NCBI GenBank assembly: GCA_964647725.1
Contig: CAZYJI010000001.1
Coordinates: 74,264 to 138,263, forward strand
Direction of reading: 5' to 3'
From: an uncultured Alphaproteobacteria bacterium
Lineage (GTDB): Bacteria; Pseudomonadota; Alphaproteobacteria; SHNJ01
Length of the DNA: 64,000 nucleotides
The notes beneath the pieces were generated by a model. It saw only the letters and a list, made by a program, of their open reading frames with translations. It was not told the DNA's origin and did not search any database. This document shows positions 1 to 9,910 of this stretch, piece by piece. The position numbers and the translations under genes are program-made. Within the stretch, counting starts at the first letter, position 1; each line of letters opens with the position of its first letter.

Positions 1-1
1 G

Positions 2-1039
2 CAAGAAACGCGGTACAAAGATTTGCGCGAATCGCAGAAACAGGAATTTACCTCGACCGGCGGCTGGGTTGGGATTACCGATAAATATTGGCTGGCGGCA
101 TTGTCGCCATTGTCCGATCAAACGGTAAAAGCGCGCTTTGCGTACAGCAAAGTGAAATACGACGACCGGTACCAAGCCGATTACACTTTACCGGAACAAC
201 AAATTGCGCCTGGGCAAAGCGCCAGCGCGGTAAACCGGTTTTTCGCCGGCGCCAAAGAAGTCAAATTGCTGGATCAATATGAAAAAAATCTTGGTATTCC
301 AAGATTCGATATCGCGGTCGATTTTGGCTGGTTTTATTTCCTGACCAAGCCATTATTCCTATTATTGCATTTCCTTTATACGCTGCTGGGTAATTTTGGC
401 GTCGCGATTCTGGTTTTAACCGTCATCGTCAAGGGCGTGATGTTCCCGCTCGCGAACAAATCCTATCACACCATGAACAAGATGAAAGAATTGCAGCCGG
501 AATTGATTAAATTACGCGAACAATACCGCGAAGATCCGCTGCGCATGCAAAAAGAAATGGCGGCGTTTTATCAGAAGAATCAAATCAATCCGCTGGCCGG
601 ATGCTTGCCGATTTTCATTCAGATTCCGGTATTCTTTTCCTTATATAAGGTATTGTTCGTGTCGATTGAAATGCGGCATCAGCCGTTTTTCGGCTGGATT
701 CAAGATTTGTCCGCGCCGGATCCGACCACGATTTTCAATTTGTTCGGCCTGATCGATTGGGCACCGCCGGCTTATTTCCTGTTTATCCCACTGCATGTTG
801 GTGCGTGGCCGATCATCATGGGTTTTACCATGTGGTTGCAGCAAAAATTGAACCCAGCACCGATGGATAGCGCACAAAAGGTTATATTCGGCCTGTTCCC
901 GTATTTGTTTACCTTTATGTTGTCGAGCTTCCCGGCTGGTCTTGTGATTTACTGGTCATGGAGCAACTTGCTCGGAATTTTGCAACAATATGCCATCAAA
1001 CGGCACAAGATAGGCCCCGATGCCCACAAGCCCGTCTAA
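2..1039 (+). CDS. yidC: Membrane protein insertase YidC (5'-truncated at window edge)
   Basis: ORF 23..1039, open to the window start. Translation shows a multi-pass membrane C-terminal region typical of YidC/Oxa1 (FPLANKSYHTMNKMKELQPEL...QINPLAGCLPIFIQIPVFFSLY). EngB follows immediately, a conserved synteny. Confidence 0.9.
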   Translation, partial: QETRYKDLRESQKQEFTSTGGWVGITDKYWLAALSPLSDQTVKARFAYSKVKYDDRYQADYTLPEQQIAPGQSASAVNRFFAGAKEVKLLDQYEKNLGIPRFDIAVDFGWFYFLTKPLFLLLHFLYTLLGNFGVAILVLTVIVKGVMFPLANKSYHTMNKMKELQPELIKLREQYREDPLRMQKEMAAFYQKNQINPLAGCLPIFIQIPVFFSLYKVLFVSIEMRHQPFFGWIQDLSAPDPTTIFNLFGLIDWAPPAYFLFIPLHVGAWPIIMGFTMWLQQKLNPAPMDSAQKVIFGLFPYLFTFMLSSFPAGLVIYWSWSNLLGILQQYAIKRHKIGPDAHKPV

Positions 1040-1670
1040 ACCATTCACGGCGGCGGAATATAAAGGCGGCTTAACGCTTTTCTCCGCGCCGTGCAAATTT
1101 ATGCGCGGTGTTTCCAAAATCGAAGATTTACAGCAATTGCGCTGGCCGGAAATCGCTTTTGCTGGCCGGTCGAACGTCGGTAAATCGAGTTTGCTGAATG
1201 CGTTGGTGCGCAATAAAACCATGGCGCGGGTATCGAACACGCCGGGCCGCACCCAGGAATTGAATTTTTTCAGCCTGGGCGACCGGTTGATTTTGGTCGA
1301 TATGCCGGGATACGGATATGCCAAGGTGCCGGCGGATTCCCGCAAACACTGGGATAAATTTTTGCCGCAATATTTAACCGGCCGTGACCGGTTGCAATGC
1401 GTGTTCGTTTTAATAGATGCGCGTCACGGGATGAAAGAATCGGATGTCCAAATGATGCAATTGCTGGATCAAACCGAAACGCCGTTTCAATTGATTTTTA
1501 CCAAGCAAGACCAAGTAAAGCGCGAGGCTATTGCCCCATTGCAAGAATCAGCCGAAAGCGCGGCTGAGGATTTTTCGGCGATGATTTTGCCGCCAATGTT
1601 CGTCAGCAGCAAAGCCAAAACCGGAATCGACGATTTGCAAGCGCATATTTACCGGATGGTAAAGCCCTAA
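1020..1670 (+). CDS. engB: Ribosome biogenesis GTP-binding protein EngB/YihA
   Basis: G1 motif AFAGRSNVGKSSLLNAL with an N-terminal FSAPCKF region typical of alphaproteobacterial EngB. 20-nt overlap with the yidC end. Confidence 0.88.
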   Translation: MPTSPSKPFTAAEYKGGLTLFSAPCKFMRGVSKIEDLQQLRWPEIAFAGRSNVGKSSLLNALVRNKTMARVSNTPGRTQELNFFSLGDRLILVDMPGYGYAKVPADSRKHWDKFLPQYLTGRDRLQCVFVLIDARHGMKESDVQMMQLLDQTETPFQLIFTKQDQVKREAIAPLQESAESAAEDFSAMILPPMFVSSKAKTGIDDLQAHIYRMVKP

Positions 1671-2368
1671 TGCCTAAAAACAGGCCGATGCAGGCGATTC
1701 AAAACTGGATTTTCGATCTGGATGACACGCTGTATCCGCGCGAAAAAGGCCTGATGCAGCAGATCGATAAGCGTATGACGGCTTATGTATCCGAACATTT
1801 AAACCTCGATCCAGTTGCCGCGCGCAAATTGCAAAAAGATTTTTATCATCAGCATGGGACCACTTTGCGCGGCCTGATGATCGAATATAAAATTGATCCG
1901 CAGCATTTTTTGGATTATGTACACGATATCGATTACAGCGCGATTGGCCCGCACCCTGAATTGAAATCGGCGCTACAACGTCTACCAGGCCGGAAATTTG
2001 TGTACACGAATGGTTCGGTCCGTCATGGCCAAAAAGTGGCCATTGCCATGGGTATCGCCGATTCTTTCGAAGGATTTTTCGATATCGCCGCTGGCGGTTA
2101 TATCCCAAAACCGCAAACCGATTCTTATCAGGCGTTTTTGAAAAAACACGCCGTCGATCCGCAAACCGGACTGATTTTAGACGATTTGGTACGGAATTTG
2201 ATTCCCGCCGCCAAAATGGGCCTGACCACGGTGTTGGTTTCGCACGATCACAGCATTCCCGCCGGCGATCCGCATGTGGGCGACGATTATCGGGACTTTA
2301 TTCATCATCAAACCGATGATATGCTGCAATTCTTGCAAAATGCCGTTTTAACCTTGGACAAGAAATAA
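1670..2368 (+). CDS. HAD-superfamily hydrolase (pyrimidine 5'-nucleotidase-like)
   Basis: HAD motif I FDLDDTLY near the N-terminus and a late motif with a DD pair. ATGA overlap with engB and dapE. Confidence 0.75.
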   Translation: MPKNRPMQAIQNWIFDLDDTLYPREKGLMQQIDKRMTAYVSEHLNLDPVAARKLQKDFYHQHGTTLRGLMIEYKIDPQHFLDYVHDIDYSAIGPHPELKSALQRLPGRKFVYTNGSVRHGQKVAIAMGIADSFEGFFDIAAGGYIPKPQTDSYQAFLKKHAVDPQTGLILDDLVRNLIPAAKMGLTTVLVSHDHSIPAGDPHVGDDYRDFIHHQTDDMLQFLQNAVLTLDKK

Positions 2369-3555
2369 TGACCGATCCGATTCTTTTAACGCAAAAATTG
2401 GTACAACAAGCCAGCATCACCCCATCAAAGAATGATAATGCAGAAGAATTAAAGACGCGTACCGATGCGTTGAATGCGTGTTTGGATTTGCTGGAACAAC
2501 CGTTGAGAAAATTGGGATTTGAATGCCATCGTTTGGTTTTCGATCAATCCGGTTTCCCAACTATTCCAAATTTATATGCCGAGCGCGCCGGGAACGGTAA
2601 ACATTTGAATTTCACTGGCCATGTTGATGTGGTTCCACCCGGCGATGTATCGGCGTGGAAATTTAATCCATTCGGCGGTGAAATCGCGGATGGGTTTTTA
2701 TATGGCCGCGGCACATCGGATATGAAGGGCAATATCGCCTCGTTCATCGCCGCGCTTGAAAAATTTCTTCCCGCCAATCAGAATTCGGCGCGGATCAGTT
2801 TGATTATCACTGGCGACGAAGAATCTTATGCCGTCAATGGCGTTCCGAAAATCGTGCCTTGGCTGAAACAACGCGGCATTAAATTCGATTATTGTTTGGT
2901 TGGTGAGCCCAGCAGCCCGCACACGCTGGGCACCGAAATTAAAAATGGCCGGCGCGGTACCATGAATGCATCCTGCACCGTGCATGGCAAACAAGGCCAT
3001 ATCGCCTATCCCGAACGGTTCGACAATCCGGTCACGCGCATCGGCAGGTTTATCGCAGCGTGCAGCAGCCTGGATCTGGATAAAGGCAATGAATATTTTG
3101 CACCATCCAGGCTGGAGGTTAACATCCTCGATCTGCCCAACCGTACCACCAATGTCGTGCCGAACAAGGCCACATTCGGATTTAATGTGCGCTGGAATAG
3201 TGAATGGACCAAGGAAACTTTATCGGCGCATCTGCGCGGACTGTGCGATAAATATTTGGGCGCTGGCAAATACGATCTCGATATGGATTTTTCGGGCGGC
3301 GTTTATTTAACGCCCAAAGGCCCGTTTTTATCCGCGATCAGCGATGCAGTGCGCGAAGTTACCGGCAACACCCCCGATTGCACCACGGCAGGCGGCACGT
3401 CCGATGGGCGGTTTGTGGTTGATATCTGCCCTTATGTGGTCGAATGCGGCGTCACATCCGAAACCATTCATCAGGTGGATGAACGGGTGAAGGTTGAGGA
3501 TTTAAATAAATTGGCCAATATATACGAACTGATTTTGAAAAAAATCTTCGCTTAA
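2368..3555 (+). CDS. dapE: Succinyl-diaminopimelate desuccinylase (M20 peptidase)
   Basis: M20 family motifs: HVDVVPPGD, GRGTSDMKG, GDEE, and a C-terminal ETIHQVDERV. Confidence 0.88.
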   Translation: MTDPILLTQKLVQQASITPSKNDNAEELKTRTDALNACLDLLEQPLRKLGFECHRLVFDQSGFPTIPNLYAERAGNGKHLNFTGHVDVVPPGDVSAWKFNPFGGEIADGFLYGRGTSDMKGNIASFIAALEKFLPANQNSARISLIITGDEESYAVNGVPKIVPWLKQRGIKFDYCLVGEPSSPHTLGTEIKNGRRGTMNASCTVHGKQGHIAYPERFDNPVTRIGRFIAACSSLDLDKGNEYFAPSRLEVNILDLPNRTTNVVPNKATFGFNVRWNSEWTKETLSAHLRGLCDKYLGAGKYDLDMDFSGGVYLTPKGPFLSAISDAVREVTGNTPDCTTAGGTSDGRFVVDICPYVVECGVTSETIHQVDERVKVEDLNKLANIYELILKKIFA

Positions 3556-4289
3556 TACATCACTTTCAAAAAACATAATCCATCCGGCGGCGCGGTCGGG
3601 CCGCCTTTGGTGCGGTCTTTGGCGTCGCGGGCATTGATAAAATCGTCGATGCTCCATTTGCCGGTGCCGACCAACATTAAGGATCCTGTGATATTGCGTA
3701 CCATATGATGCAGAAACGATGGCGCGCGGATATACAGCATGATTTCATCGAAATTGCGCTGTAATTTGATTTCATGAATCGTTTTCACTGGCGATTTTGC
3801 CTGGCATTCCGAATCGCGGAAAGTTGTAAAATCGTATGTACCCACCAAGTTCTGCGCCGCTTGTTCCATGATGATATGATCTAGCGGCGATGCCACCAGC
3901 CAGCCACGGCCGCGATCGACAGTCAACGGCGCGCGGCGGTTGACGATACGGTAAATATAAGAACGTTCCTTGGCCGAAAAACGCGCATGAAAGCTCTCGT
4001 CCACTTTTTCCGCTGATAAAATGGCAATGGGATGGGGATGCAGATGAAAATTTAACGCTTCGGAAATTTTAAAAGAATCTAGATCGCGGGCACAATCGAA
4101 ATGCGCCACCTGGCCCAACGCATGTACGCCCGCATCGGTGCGTCCAGCGCCGGTAATGGTTACGCGCTCCTGGCAAAATTTGAAAATCGCTTCTTCGATG
4201 CAACCTTGAACCGATACGCCGTTATTCTGCCGTTGCCATCCGACAAACGGCGATCCGTCATATTCAATGGTCAATTTATAGCGGTTCAT
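3552..4289 (-). CDS. truA: tRNA pseudouridine(38-40) synthase TruA
   Basis: N-terminus MNRYKLTIEYDGSPFVGWQRQ and GAGRTDAGVHALGQVAHFD catalytic Asp motif. Confidence 0.9.
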   Translation of the reverse strand: MNRYKLTIEYDGSPFVGWQRQNNGVSVQGCIEEAIFKFCQERVTITGAGRTDAGVHALGQVAHFDCARDLDSFKISEALNFHLHPHPIAILSAEKVDESFHARFSAKERSYIYRIVNRRAPLTVDRGRGWLVASPLDHIIMEQAAQNLVGTYDFTTFRDSECQAKSPVKTIHEIKLQRNFDEIMLYIRAPSFLHHMVRNITGSLMLVGTGKWSIDDFINARDAKDRTKGGPTAPPDGLCFLKVMY

Positions 4290-5209
4290 TAGACTAACTC
4301 GGCCTTTGCCGGAATTTTAAATCCGCGCAAAAATTCTTGTCTGGTCATCGGTTGTTTGCCCGGGCGTTGCAGGATAAGGGGCAATAAAACGCCTTGTCCG
4401 GTTGCGATATTCAGATCATCATCCATCACCGCGCCAACCTTACCACTGCCCGTATTGACAATATCGGCGCTGAAGATTTTAATCCGCTCGCCGTTATATT
4501 CGAAATGCGCACCGGGAAATGGGGCCAATGCCCGAATTTGCCGTTCGATTTCTGCCGCGCTTTTGGTCCAATCGATTTTGGTGTCTTGTTTGGTTATTTT
4601 ATGCGCATAGGTCGCCAAAGATTCATTTTGCTTTTCGGCCTTCATCTGGCCGCCTGCAATTTTCGGCAAATATTCGACAATCATTTCCGCGCCCAATTTC
4701 GTCAATCTTTCGTGTAATTCGCCGAACACCATTTTATTGTCGATCGGAATGGATTTTTGAATGAATACCGGGCCGGTATCCAATCCTTTTTCCATTTGCA
4801 TTAAACCAATGCCTGTTTCGGTATCGCCTGCCCAAATCGCGCGTTGAATCGGCGCTGCGCCGCGCCAACGTGGCAATAACGATCCATGAATATTGATGCA
4901 GCCCATTTTGGGCGCATCCAAAACCGCTTGCGGCAATAATAATCCATAGGCCGCGACCACGGCGATATCCAAATTGAAATTCTTGAATTCGGCCTGTACA
5001 TCAGCTGATTTTAAATTTTCGGGATGCAGTACCGGAATATTTTTTGATTCGGCGTAAACATGCACTGGTGATTTTTGCAATTGCTGGCCGCGTCCTGCCG
5101 GGCGGGGCGGTTGGGTGTATACGATAACGGGCGTCATGCCCGCACCTATCAAAGCGGCCAAGGATTTTTGGGCAAATTCTGGCGTGCCCATGAAGGCGTA
5201 ACGGATCAT
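4289..5209 (-). CDS. fmt: Methionyl-tRNA formyltransferase
   Basis: N-terminus MIRYAFMGTPEFA and a formyltransferase core (NIHGSLLPRWRGAAPIQRAI). Adjacent to def, the conserved def-fmt arrangement. Confidence 0.9.
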   Translation of the reverse strand: MIRYAFMGTPEFAQKSLAALIGAGMTPVIVYTQPPRPAGRGQQLQKSPVHVYAESKNIPVLHPENLKSADVQAEFKNFNLDIAVVAAYGLLLPQAVLDAPKMGCINIHGSLLPRWRGAAPIQRAIWAGDTETGIGLMQMEKGLDTGPVFIQKSIPIDNKMVFGELHERLTKLGAEMIVEYLPKIAGGQMKAEKQNESLATYAHKITKQDTKIDWTKSAAEIERQIRALAPFPGAHFEYNGERIKIFSADIVNTGSGKVGAVMDDDLNIATGQGVLLPLILQRPGKQPMTRQEFLRGFKIPAKAELV

Positions 5210-5210
5210 G

Positions 5211-5780
5211 TTATAAATTATGCTTTGGATTAAATTCTGAATTTGGCGGGGATTCCGCCAGTTCGCGTTTCAGTTTGATCATTTTGCGCGTGATCATATC
5301 GCGTTTTAATTTCGATAAATAATCAACGAACAAAACACCGTTCAAATGGTCTAATTCATGTTGAATGCAAGTCGCGAGCAGCCCGCTCGCATCGATTTCC
5401 TGCGTTTTACCATTGATGCCGGTGTATCGCAATTTCACACTCGATGGCCTCTCGATTTCGGCGCTGATGCCGGGGATCGACAAACATCCTTCTTCGTAAA
5501 CACGCAGATCTTCGGACTTCCAGATAATTTCCGGATTGATCATTTTTAAGGGATCGGAAATCTTGCCGTCCTCAACGCCGCCGCGTTCACCCAGATCAAT
5601 GGTCACCAACCGTTCGCCCACGCCAATTTGTGGCGCGGCCAGGCCAATGCCCGGCGCGTGATGCATGGTTTCCAGCATGTTATCCAGTAACCGCTCGGTT
5701 TCCTTGGTGATTTTCCCGGCCGGTTTTGCAACCGCGCGCAAGATTGGATCGGGCATAATTAAGATTGGAAGTAAGGCCAT
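5211..5780 (-). CDS. def: Peptide deformylase
   Basis: PDF motifs GIGLAAPQIG, EGCLSIPG and QHELDHLNG. Confidence 0.9.
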   Translation of the reverse strand: MALLPILIMPDPILRAVAKPAGKITKETERLLDNMLETMHHAPGIGLAAPQIGVGERLVTIDLGERGGVEDGKISDPLKMINPEIIWKSEDLRVYEEGCLSIPGISAEIERPSSVKLRYTGINGKTQEIDASGLLATCIQHELDHLNGVLFVDYLSKLKRDMITRKMIKLKRELAESPPNSEFNPKHNL

Positions 5781-5842
5781 GGGTTATGATATAAGGGGAA
5801 ATCAAAACCCTGGCAACTGGATAGACAAAAGGCAGCGCACGG

Positions 5843-6859
5843 ATGATGACCAATCCCCTATTTTTGGCCCTTTTGGCGGCAATTGCTGCCCTGGTATTCG
5901 TGGCCTTACGCGGACGTAAGCCGGATACGGAAATCGCCGGAAAAATCAGTATTTTGGCCGAACAACAAGCCACCTTACAGCGCGTTTTATCCGAACAATT
6001 CCAAGGCCAAGAACGCAATATCAGTAAAAATCTGGATGACCGTTTAACGGATCTTAAAACCCGCATGGCGGTGTTCGACGCGGCGCAGGAGAAAATCACC
6101 CAATTATCGGCCCAGGTCGTCAGTTTACAAGATGTGTTATCGCATAATTATACGCGCGGCATGTTCGGTGAAGTGCAATTGCAAAATTTGCTGGAATCGG
6201 TGTTGCCATCCTCTGCCTTTACCATTCAACATATGATGCCGTCCGGCGCGCGAGTGGATTTTTTATTGCATATGCCATATCCGCCAGGGCCAATCGGGAT
6301 TGATGCCAAATTCCCGCTAGATGCATATCGCGCTATGAAAGATGCGGCGAATGACGATGAATTGAAACTCGCCCGCAAAAGTTTCACCCAAAGCATCAAA
6401 CGCAAAATCGACGATATTTCGCAAAAATATATTGTCACCGGGCACACCGCCGATTCCGCATTAATGTTCATCCCATCGGAATCGGTATTTGCGGAATTGC
6501 ACAGCAATTTCGAAGATCTCTTGGAATATTCCTATACGCAGCGCGTTTGGATCGTATCGCCCACCACCATGATGGCAACGCTCAATACATTGCGGGCCAT
6601 TATGCGCGATGTGAAAATGCGCGAACAAGCCGGATTGATCCAAAAAGAAGTCGCGGCGCTATTGGATGATGTCAGCCGCTTAAGCGACCGGATGACCAAA
6701 CTTTCCGGGCATTTCAGCCAAAGCGAAGAAGCTCTGCGCCAAATGGGCGTCAGCGTCGATAAAATTTCCCGGCGCGGCCATAAAATTGCGGATGTTGAAA
6801 CATCCGTGCCCGAAGGCGAAGAACCGCAATCCATCGCGGTTTTAAAAGTGGTTGAGTAA
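5843..6859 (+). CDS. rmuC: DNA recombination protein RmuC
   Basis: N-terminal TM segment followed by a long coiled-coil and a RmuC-like C-terminal nuclease-like domain. Size and architecture are typical. Confidence 0.75.
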   Translation: MMTNPLFLALLAAIAALVFVALRGRKPDTEIAGKISILAEQQATLQRVLSEQFQGQERNISKNLDDRLTDLKTRMAVFDAAQEKITQLSAQVVSLQDVLSHNYTRGMFGEVQLQNLLESVLPSSAFTIQHMMPSGARVDFLLHMPYPPGPIGIDAKFPLDAYRAMKDAANDDELKLARKSFTQSIKRKIDDISQKYIVTGHTADSALMFIPSESVFAELHSNFEDLLEYSYTQRVWIVSPTTMMATLNTLRAIMRDVKMREQAGLIQKEVAALLDDVSRLSDRMTKLSGHFSQSEEALRQMGVSVDKISRRGHKIADVETSVPEGEEPQSIAVLKVVE

Positions 6860-6925
6860 TAAACCCTTGGATTTGTACGGGTTTTGTGCTAATACGGAAA
6901 CGTTATTTAACGGGGGGATTGCGTT

Positions 6926-7888
6926 ATGGAAGCATTTATTTTTGTCCTAGTCTTTGTCGCGCTGATTATGGTTTTGGTTTATGCCAGCGTAAAACCGGTG
7001 CCGCAGGGCCGCCAATTCACCGTCGAACGATTCGGCCGGTATATCCGCACATTGGAACCAGGTTTAAATTTTATCGTGCCTTTCATTGATCGGATCGGCG
7101 CGCGCATCAGCATGATGGAAACCGTGCTCGATGTTCCCGAACAAGAAGTTATTACAAAGGACAACGCCATGGTCAAGGCCGACGGCGTGGTGTTTTTCCA
7201 AGTATTGGACGCCGCCAAGGCCGCATACGAAGTCAACGATCTGGCCAACGCGATTTTAAATTTGGTTATGACCAATATCCGCACCGTGATGGGTTCGATG
7301 GATTTGGACGAATTATTATCGCAACGCGACCGGATCAATGTGCAATTGATGCGCGTTGTGGACGAAGCGACCGCGCCATGGGGCGTGAAAATAACCCGCG
7401 TTGAAATTAAAGACATCTCGCCGCCGCGCGATTTGGTGGATGCGATGGCGCGGCAAATGAAAGCCGAACGCGATAAACGCGCTTCGATTTTGGATGCCGA
7501 AGGCCAACGCCAAGCCGATATTTTACGCGCCGAGGGCGAAAAACAATCTTCCATCCTTGCCGCAGAAGGCCGCAAAGAAGCGGCGTTTCGCGATGCCGAG
7601 GCGCGGGAACGCGCGGCCGATGCCGAAGCGCATGCGACCATGTCGGTGTCCGAGGCGATCAATCGCGGCTCGATCCATGCGGTCAATTATTTCGTCGCAC
7701 AAAAATATATCGAAGCGCTCGGCGTTATGGCCAGCGGCAACAACCAGAAAGTCATCTTCATGCCGCTCGAAGCTAGCGGCGTGATCGGTGCGCTGGGCGG
7801 TATTACCGAAATCGTCAAAAATTCCATGCAACAACAAGCCGCCAACCAAGACGGCAGCGTGAAAGAAAACTTGTTCAAGAGCGGATAA
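6926..7888 (+). CDS. SPFH/band-7 (stomatin-like, QmcA/paraslipin-type) membrane protein
   Basis: N-terminal TM, SPFH core ([15 protein letters not shown]...[23 protein letters not shown]) and an Ala/Glu-rich coiled-coil tail. Followed by an NfeD-like gene. Confidence 0.85.
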   Translation: MEAFIFVLVFVALIMVLVYASVKPVPQGRQFTVERFGRYIRTLEPGLNFIVPFIDRIGARISMMETVLDVPEQEVITKDNAMVKADGVVFFQVLDAAKAAYEVNDLANAILNLVMTNIRTVMGSMDLDELLSQRDRINVQLMRVVDEATAPWGVKITRVEIKDISPPRDLVDAMARQMKAERDKRASILDAEGQRQADILRAEGEKQSSILAAEGRKEAAFRDAEARERAADAEAHATMSVSEAINRGSIHAVNYFVAQKYIEALGVMASGNNQKVIFMPLEASGVIGALGGITEIVKNSMQQQAANQDGSVKENLFKSG

Positions 7889-8320
7889 ATGATCGATCAA
7901 ATTCACTGGGGTTGGTTTACCCTTGGCGCTGTATTGATTATTACCGAGATTGTCTCGCCCACTTTCTTTTTCTTGTGGCCGGGCCTTGCCGCCATTTGTA
8001 TTGGTATTCTTACATTCTTTGCTCCCGATATGGGTTTTACCGCGCGCCTTGCCATTTTCGGCATTCTAACATTCGTGTTCGCGGTTTCTTGGAAAATGTA
8101 CGGCAAAAAAAATCCTACCAAAAGCGATGATCCAAATTTGAATGACCGCGCTGCGCAATTGATCGGTAAAACCGGCGTTGTGATCGAAGCGATCAAAAAC
8201 GGCAAGGGCAAGGTACGCGTCGGCGATGGCGCCTGGATCGCCGAAGGCCCGGACTGCCCGGAGCAGACAGTTGTCAAAATTGAAGGCGCCCAATCGACCA
8301 TTCTGCGCGTTCGTCCATAA
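7889..8320 (+). CDS. NfeD-like membrane protein (SPFH partner)
   Basis: Hydrophobic TM N-terminal half plus a C-terminal OB-like soluble domain. ATGA-coupled to the SPFH gene, the canonical stomatin/NfeD operon. Confidence 0.75.
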   Translation: MIDQIHWGWFTLGAVLIITEIVSPTFFFLWPGLAAICIGILTFFAPDMGFTARLAIFGILTFVFAVSWKMYGKKNPTKSDDPNLNDRAAQLIGKTGVVIEAIKNGKGKVRVGDGAWIAEGPDCPEQTVVKIEGAQSTILRVRP

Positions 8321-8449
8321 ATAATCATTTAAAATCAATAATTTGGTATATTTTGGACGCTGTACGATATCCCTTAAATTTCCTTATTTCCTTTTTAAAG
8401 AAACTTTGTATACTCTTTCGCATAAGCAATGAATAGGGGAGAGAGTAAC

Positions 8450-8983
8450 ATGTATGATGCATACGAAATGCGCAGCGTAGTTCTGCAAAGCGTCAAAGAG
8501 GCCGGAGGTTCTGGCATTATCGCAGACGATATAAATGTATTTTTTAAAAATCAGGGTGGCCAATGGATGGTTCAGCCCGTCTATATTCATCCTTATGGCA
8601 TTGAACCGGAGTCTGTGACTAATCCTGCGGTTATTGCGAACCTTAATTCCACATTACAAAAAAGAACCTTTATGCGGGTTGGTGTTGCCATGGCAGCGGT
8701 TCTGACAGTAGCGGCTTCGGTAGTCGCCTTTATGATGGAAGCAGAGTCGAGATCAACAACGTGGAACGACAGCACCTTCAAAGCGGGAGCGTTCCCTATG
8801 CCAAATTTCGATACTTTTAGAGTAGGTGGTTACGATCCTATGTCTGGACAATGGCAATCAGGGTCTATGTTTAGCGGCGGACTGAATTATCCTTGGCATA
8901 ATTCGGCTTCGTTCCCGGCTGTTCCAAACAGTACCGGCTTGCCCCCAGAATATCTTCTACCTGCTAGGGAAAACGCCCGTTAA
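8450..8983 (+). CDS. Hypothetical membrane protein with low-complexity aromatic/Gly/Ser-rich C-terminus (orphan)
   Basis: ORF 8429..8983. The internal ATG at 8450 is preceded by a GGGGAGAG RBS. One central TM helix (VGVAMAAVLTVAASVVAFMM). Codon usage is T/A-ending, unlike the neighbours. Confidence 0.5.
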   Translation: MYDAYEMRSVVLQSVKEAGGSGIIADDINVFFKNQGGQWMVQPVYIHPYGIEPESVTNPAVIANLNSTLQKRTFMRVGVAMAAVLTVAASVVAFMMEAESRSTTWNDSTFKAGAFPMPNFDTFRVGGYDPMSGQWQSGSMFSGGLNYPWHNSASFPAVPNSTGLPPEYLLPARENAR

Positions 8984-8994
8984 TTGGATTGGAT

Positions 8995-9588
8995 TTAAAA
9001 CGGCCGCCGGGCGGCAAGGGCGGTGGTTAACGTGCCTTCGTCCAGATAATCTAATTCTCCGCCCATCGGCACGCCGTAGGCCAGGCGCGAGATTTTGACA
9101 TCCAATCCTTGTAACCGGTCGGTTAAATAATGCGCGGTGGTTTGTCCGGCAACGGTGGCGTTGGTGGCTAAAATCACTTCGCGGATATTGCCGTGTTCCA
9201 CCCGCTCGACCAGTCGTTGAATATTCAAATCATCCGGGCCAATACCATCCAGCGCCGATAACACGCCGCCCAGAATATGATACAGGCCTTGGAACGCATG
9301 CGCGCGTTCGATTGCCCATAAATCCGCGACTTCTTCGACTACGCAAATCGCGCCTTGATCGCGGCGCTGATCCTGGCACAGGCTGCATGGATCGATCGTA
9401 TCGATATTGCCGCAAATCTTACATGATCCGATATGATCGTTGGCGTATTGCATCGCCTGCATCAAAGGCTGCAAAATAGTTTCGCGTTTTTTCAATAAAT
9501 GCAACGCCGCCCGCCTGGCCGAACGCGGGCCAAGCCCGGGCAGTTTGGCCATCAACGCGATCAATTTTTCAAGTTCGGCGGATTGCAT
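8995..9588 (-). CDS. recR: Recombination protein RecR
   Basis: N-terminal HhH ([17 protein letters not shown]), C4 zinc finger ([16 protein letters not shown]) and Toprim region ([13 protein letters not shown]). Confidence 0.92.
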   Translation of the reverse strand: MQSAELEKLIALMAKLPGLGPRSARRAALHLLKKRETILQPLMQAMQYANDHIGSCKICGNIDTIDPCSLCQDQRRDQGAICVVEEVADLWAIERAHAFQGLYHILGGVLSALDGIGPDDLNIQRLVERVEHGNIREVILATNATVAGQTTAHYLTDRLQGLDVKISRLAYGVPMGGELDYLDEGTLTTALAARRPF

Positions 9589-9589
9589 A

Positions 9590-9910
9590 TTAGAACGGCA
9601 ATTTCATGCCTGGCGGCAGATTCAATCCGCCGGTGATTTTTCCCATTTCATCGGCCAGGTTTTTTTCAACCTTGGTTTTGGCGTCGGTATAGGCGGCGAC
9701 AACCAAATCCTCGATCATGCCGACATCGCCGGCGGTAACAAGGCTTGGATCGATTTTAATGCGGCGGCATTCCGCCTTGCCGTTCAAAGTTACTTGCACA
9801 ATGCCATTGCCGGATGCGCCTGTTGTTTCCACATCCGCCATCCGGGCTTGCAATTCCTGGATTTTATTTTGCACGGTCTGGGCTTGTTTAATCATTGCGG
9901 CGATGTTCAT
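9590..9910 (-). CDS. ybaB: Nucleoid-associated protein YbaB/EbfC
   Basis: The C-terminal 107 aa of ORF 9590..10150 ([21 protein letters not shown]...[12 protein letters not shown]) match the YbaB family. The ATG overlaps the dnaX stop (ATGA). Confidence 0.85.
   Translation of the reverse strand: MNIAAMIKQAQTVQNKIQELQARMADVETTGASGNGIVQVTLNGKAECRRIKIDPSLVTAGDVGMIEDLVVAAYTDAKTKVEKNLADEMGKITGGLNLPPGMKLPF

Noticed and set aside
6979-7686. 235-aa antisense ORF inside the SPFH gene. Similar long antisense ORFs occur at 1674..2108, 9440..10258, 15109..15780 and 18707..19096.
   Set aside because: Each fully overlaps a well-supported conserved gene on the other strand. Their amino-acid composition is Arg/Ala/Ser-rich, typical of reverse-frame artefacts in GC-skewed codons. 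No RBS or motif supports them.
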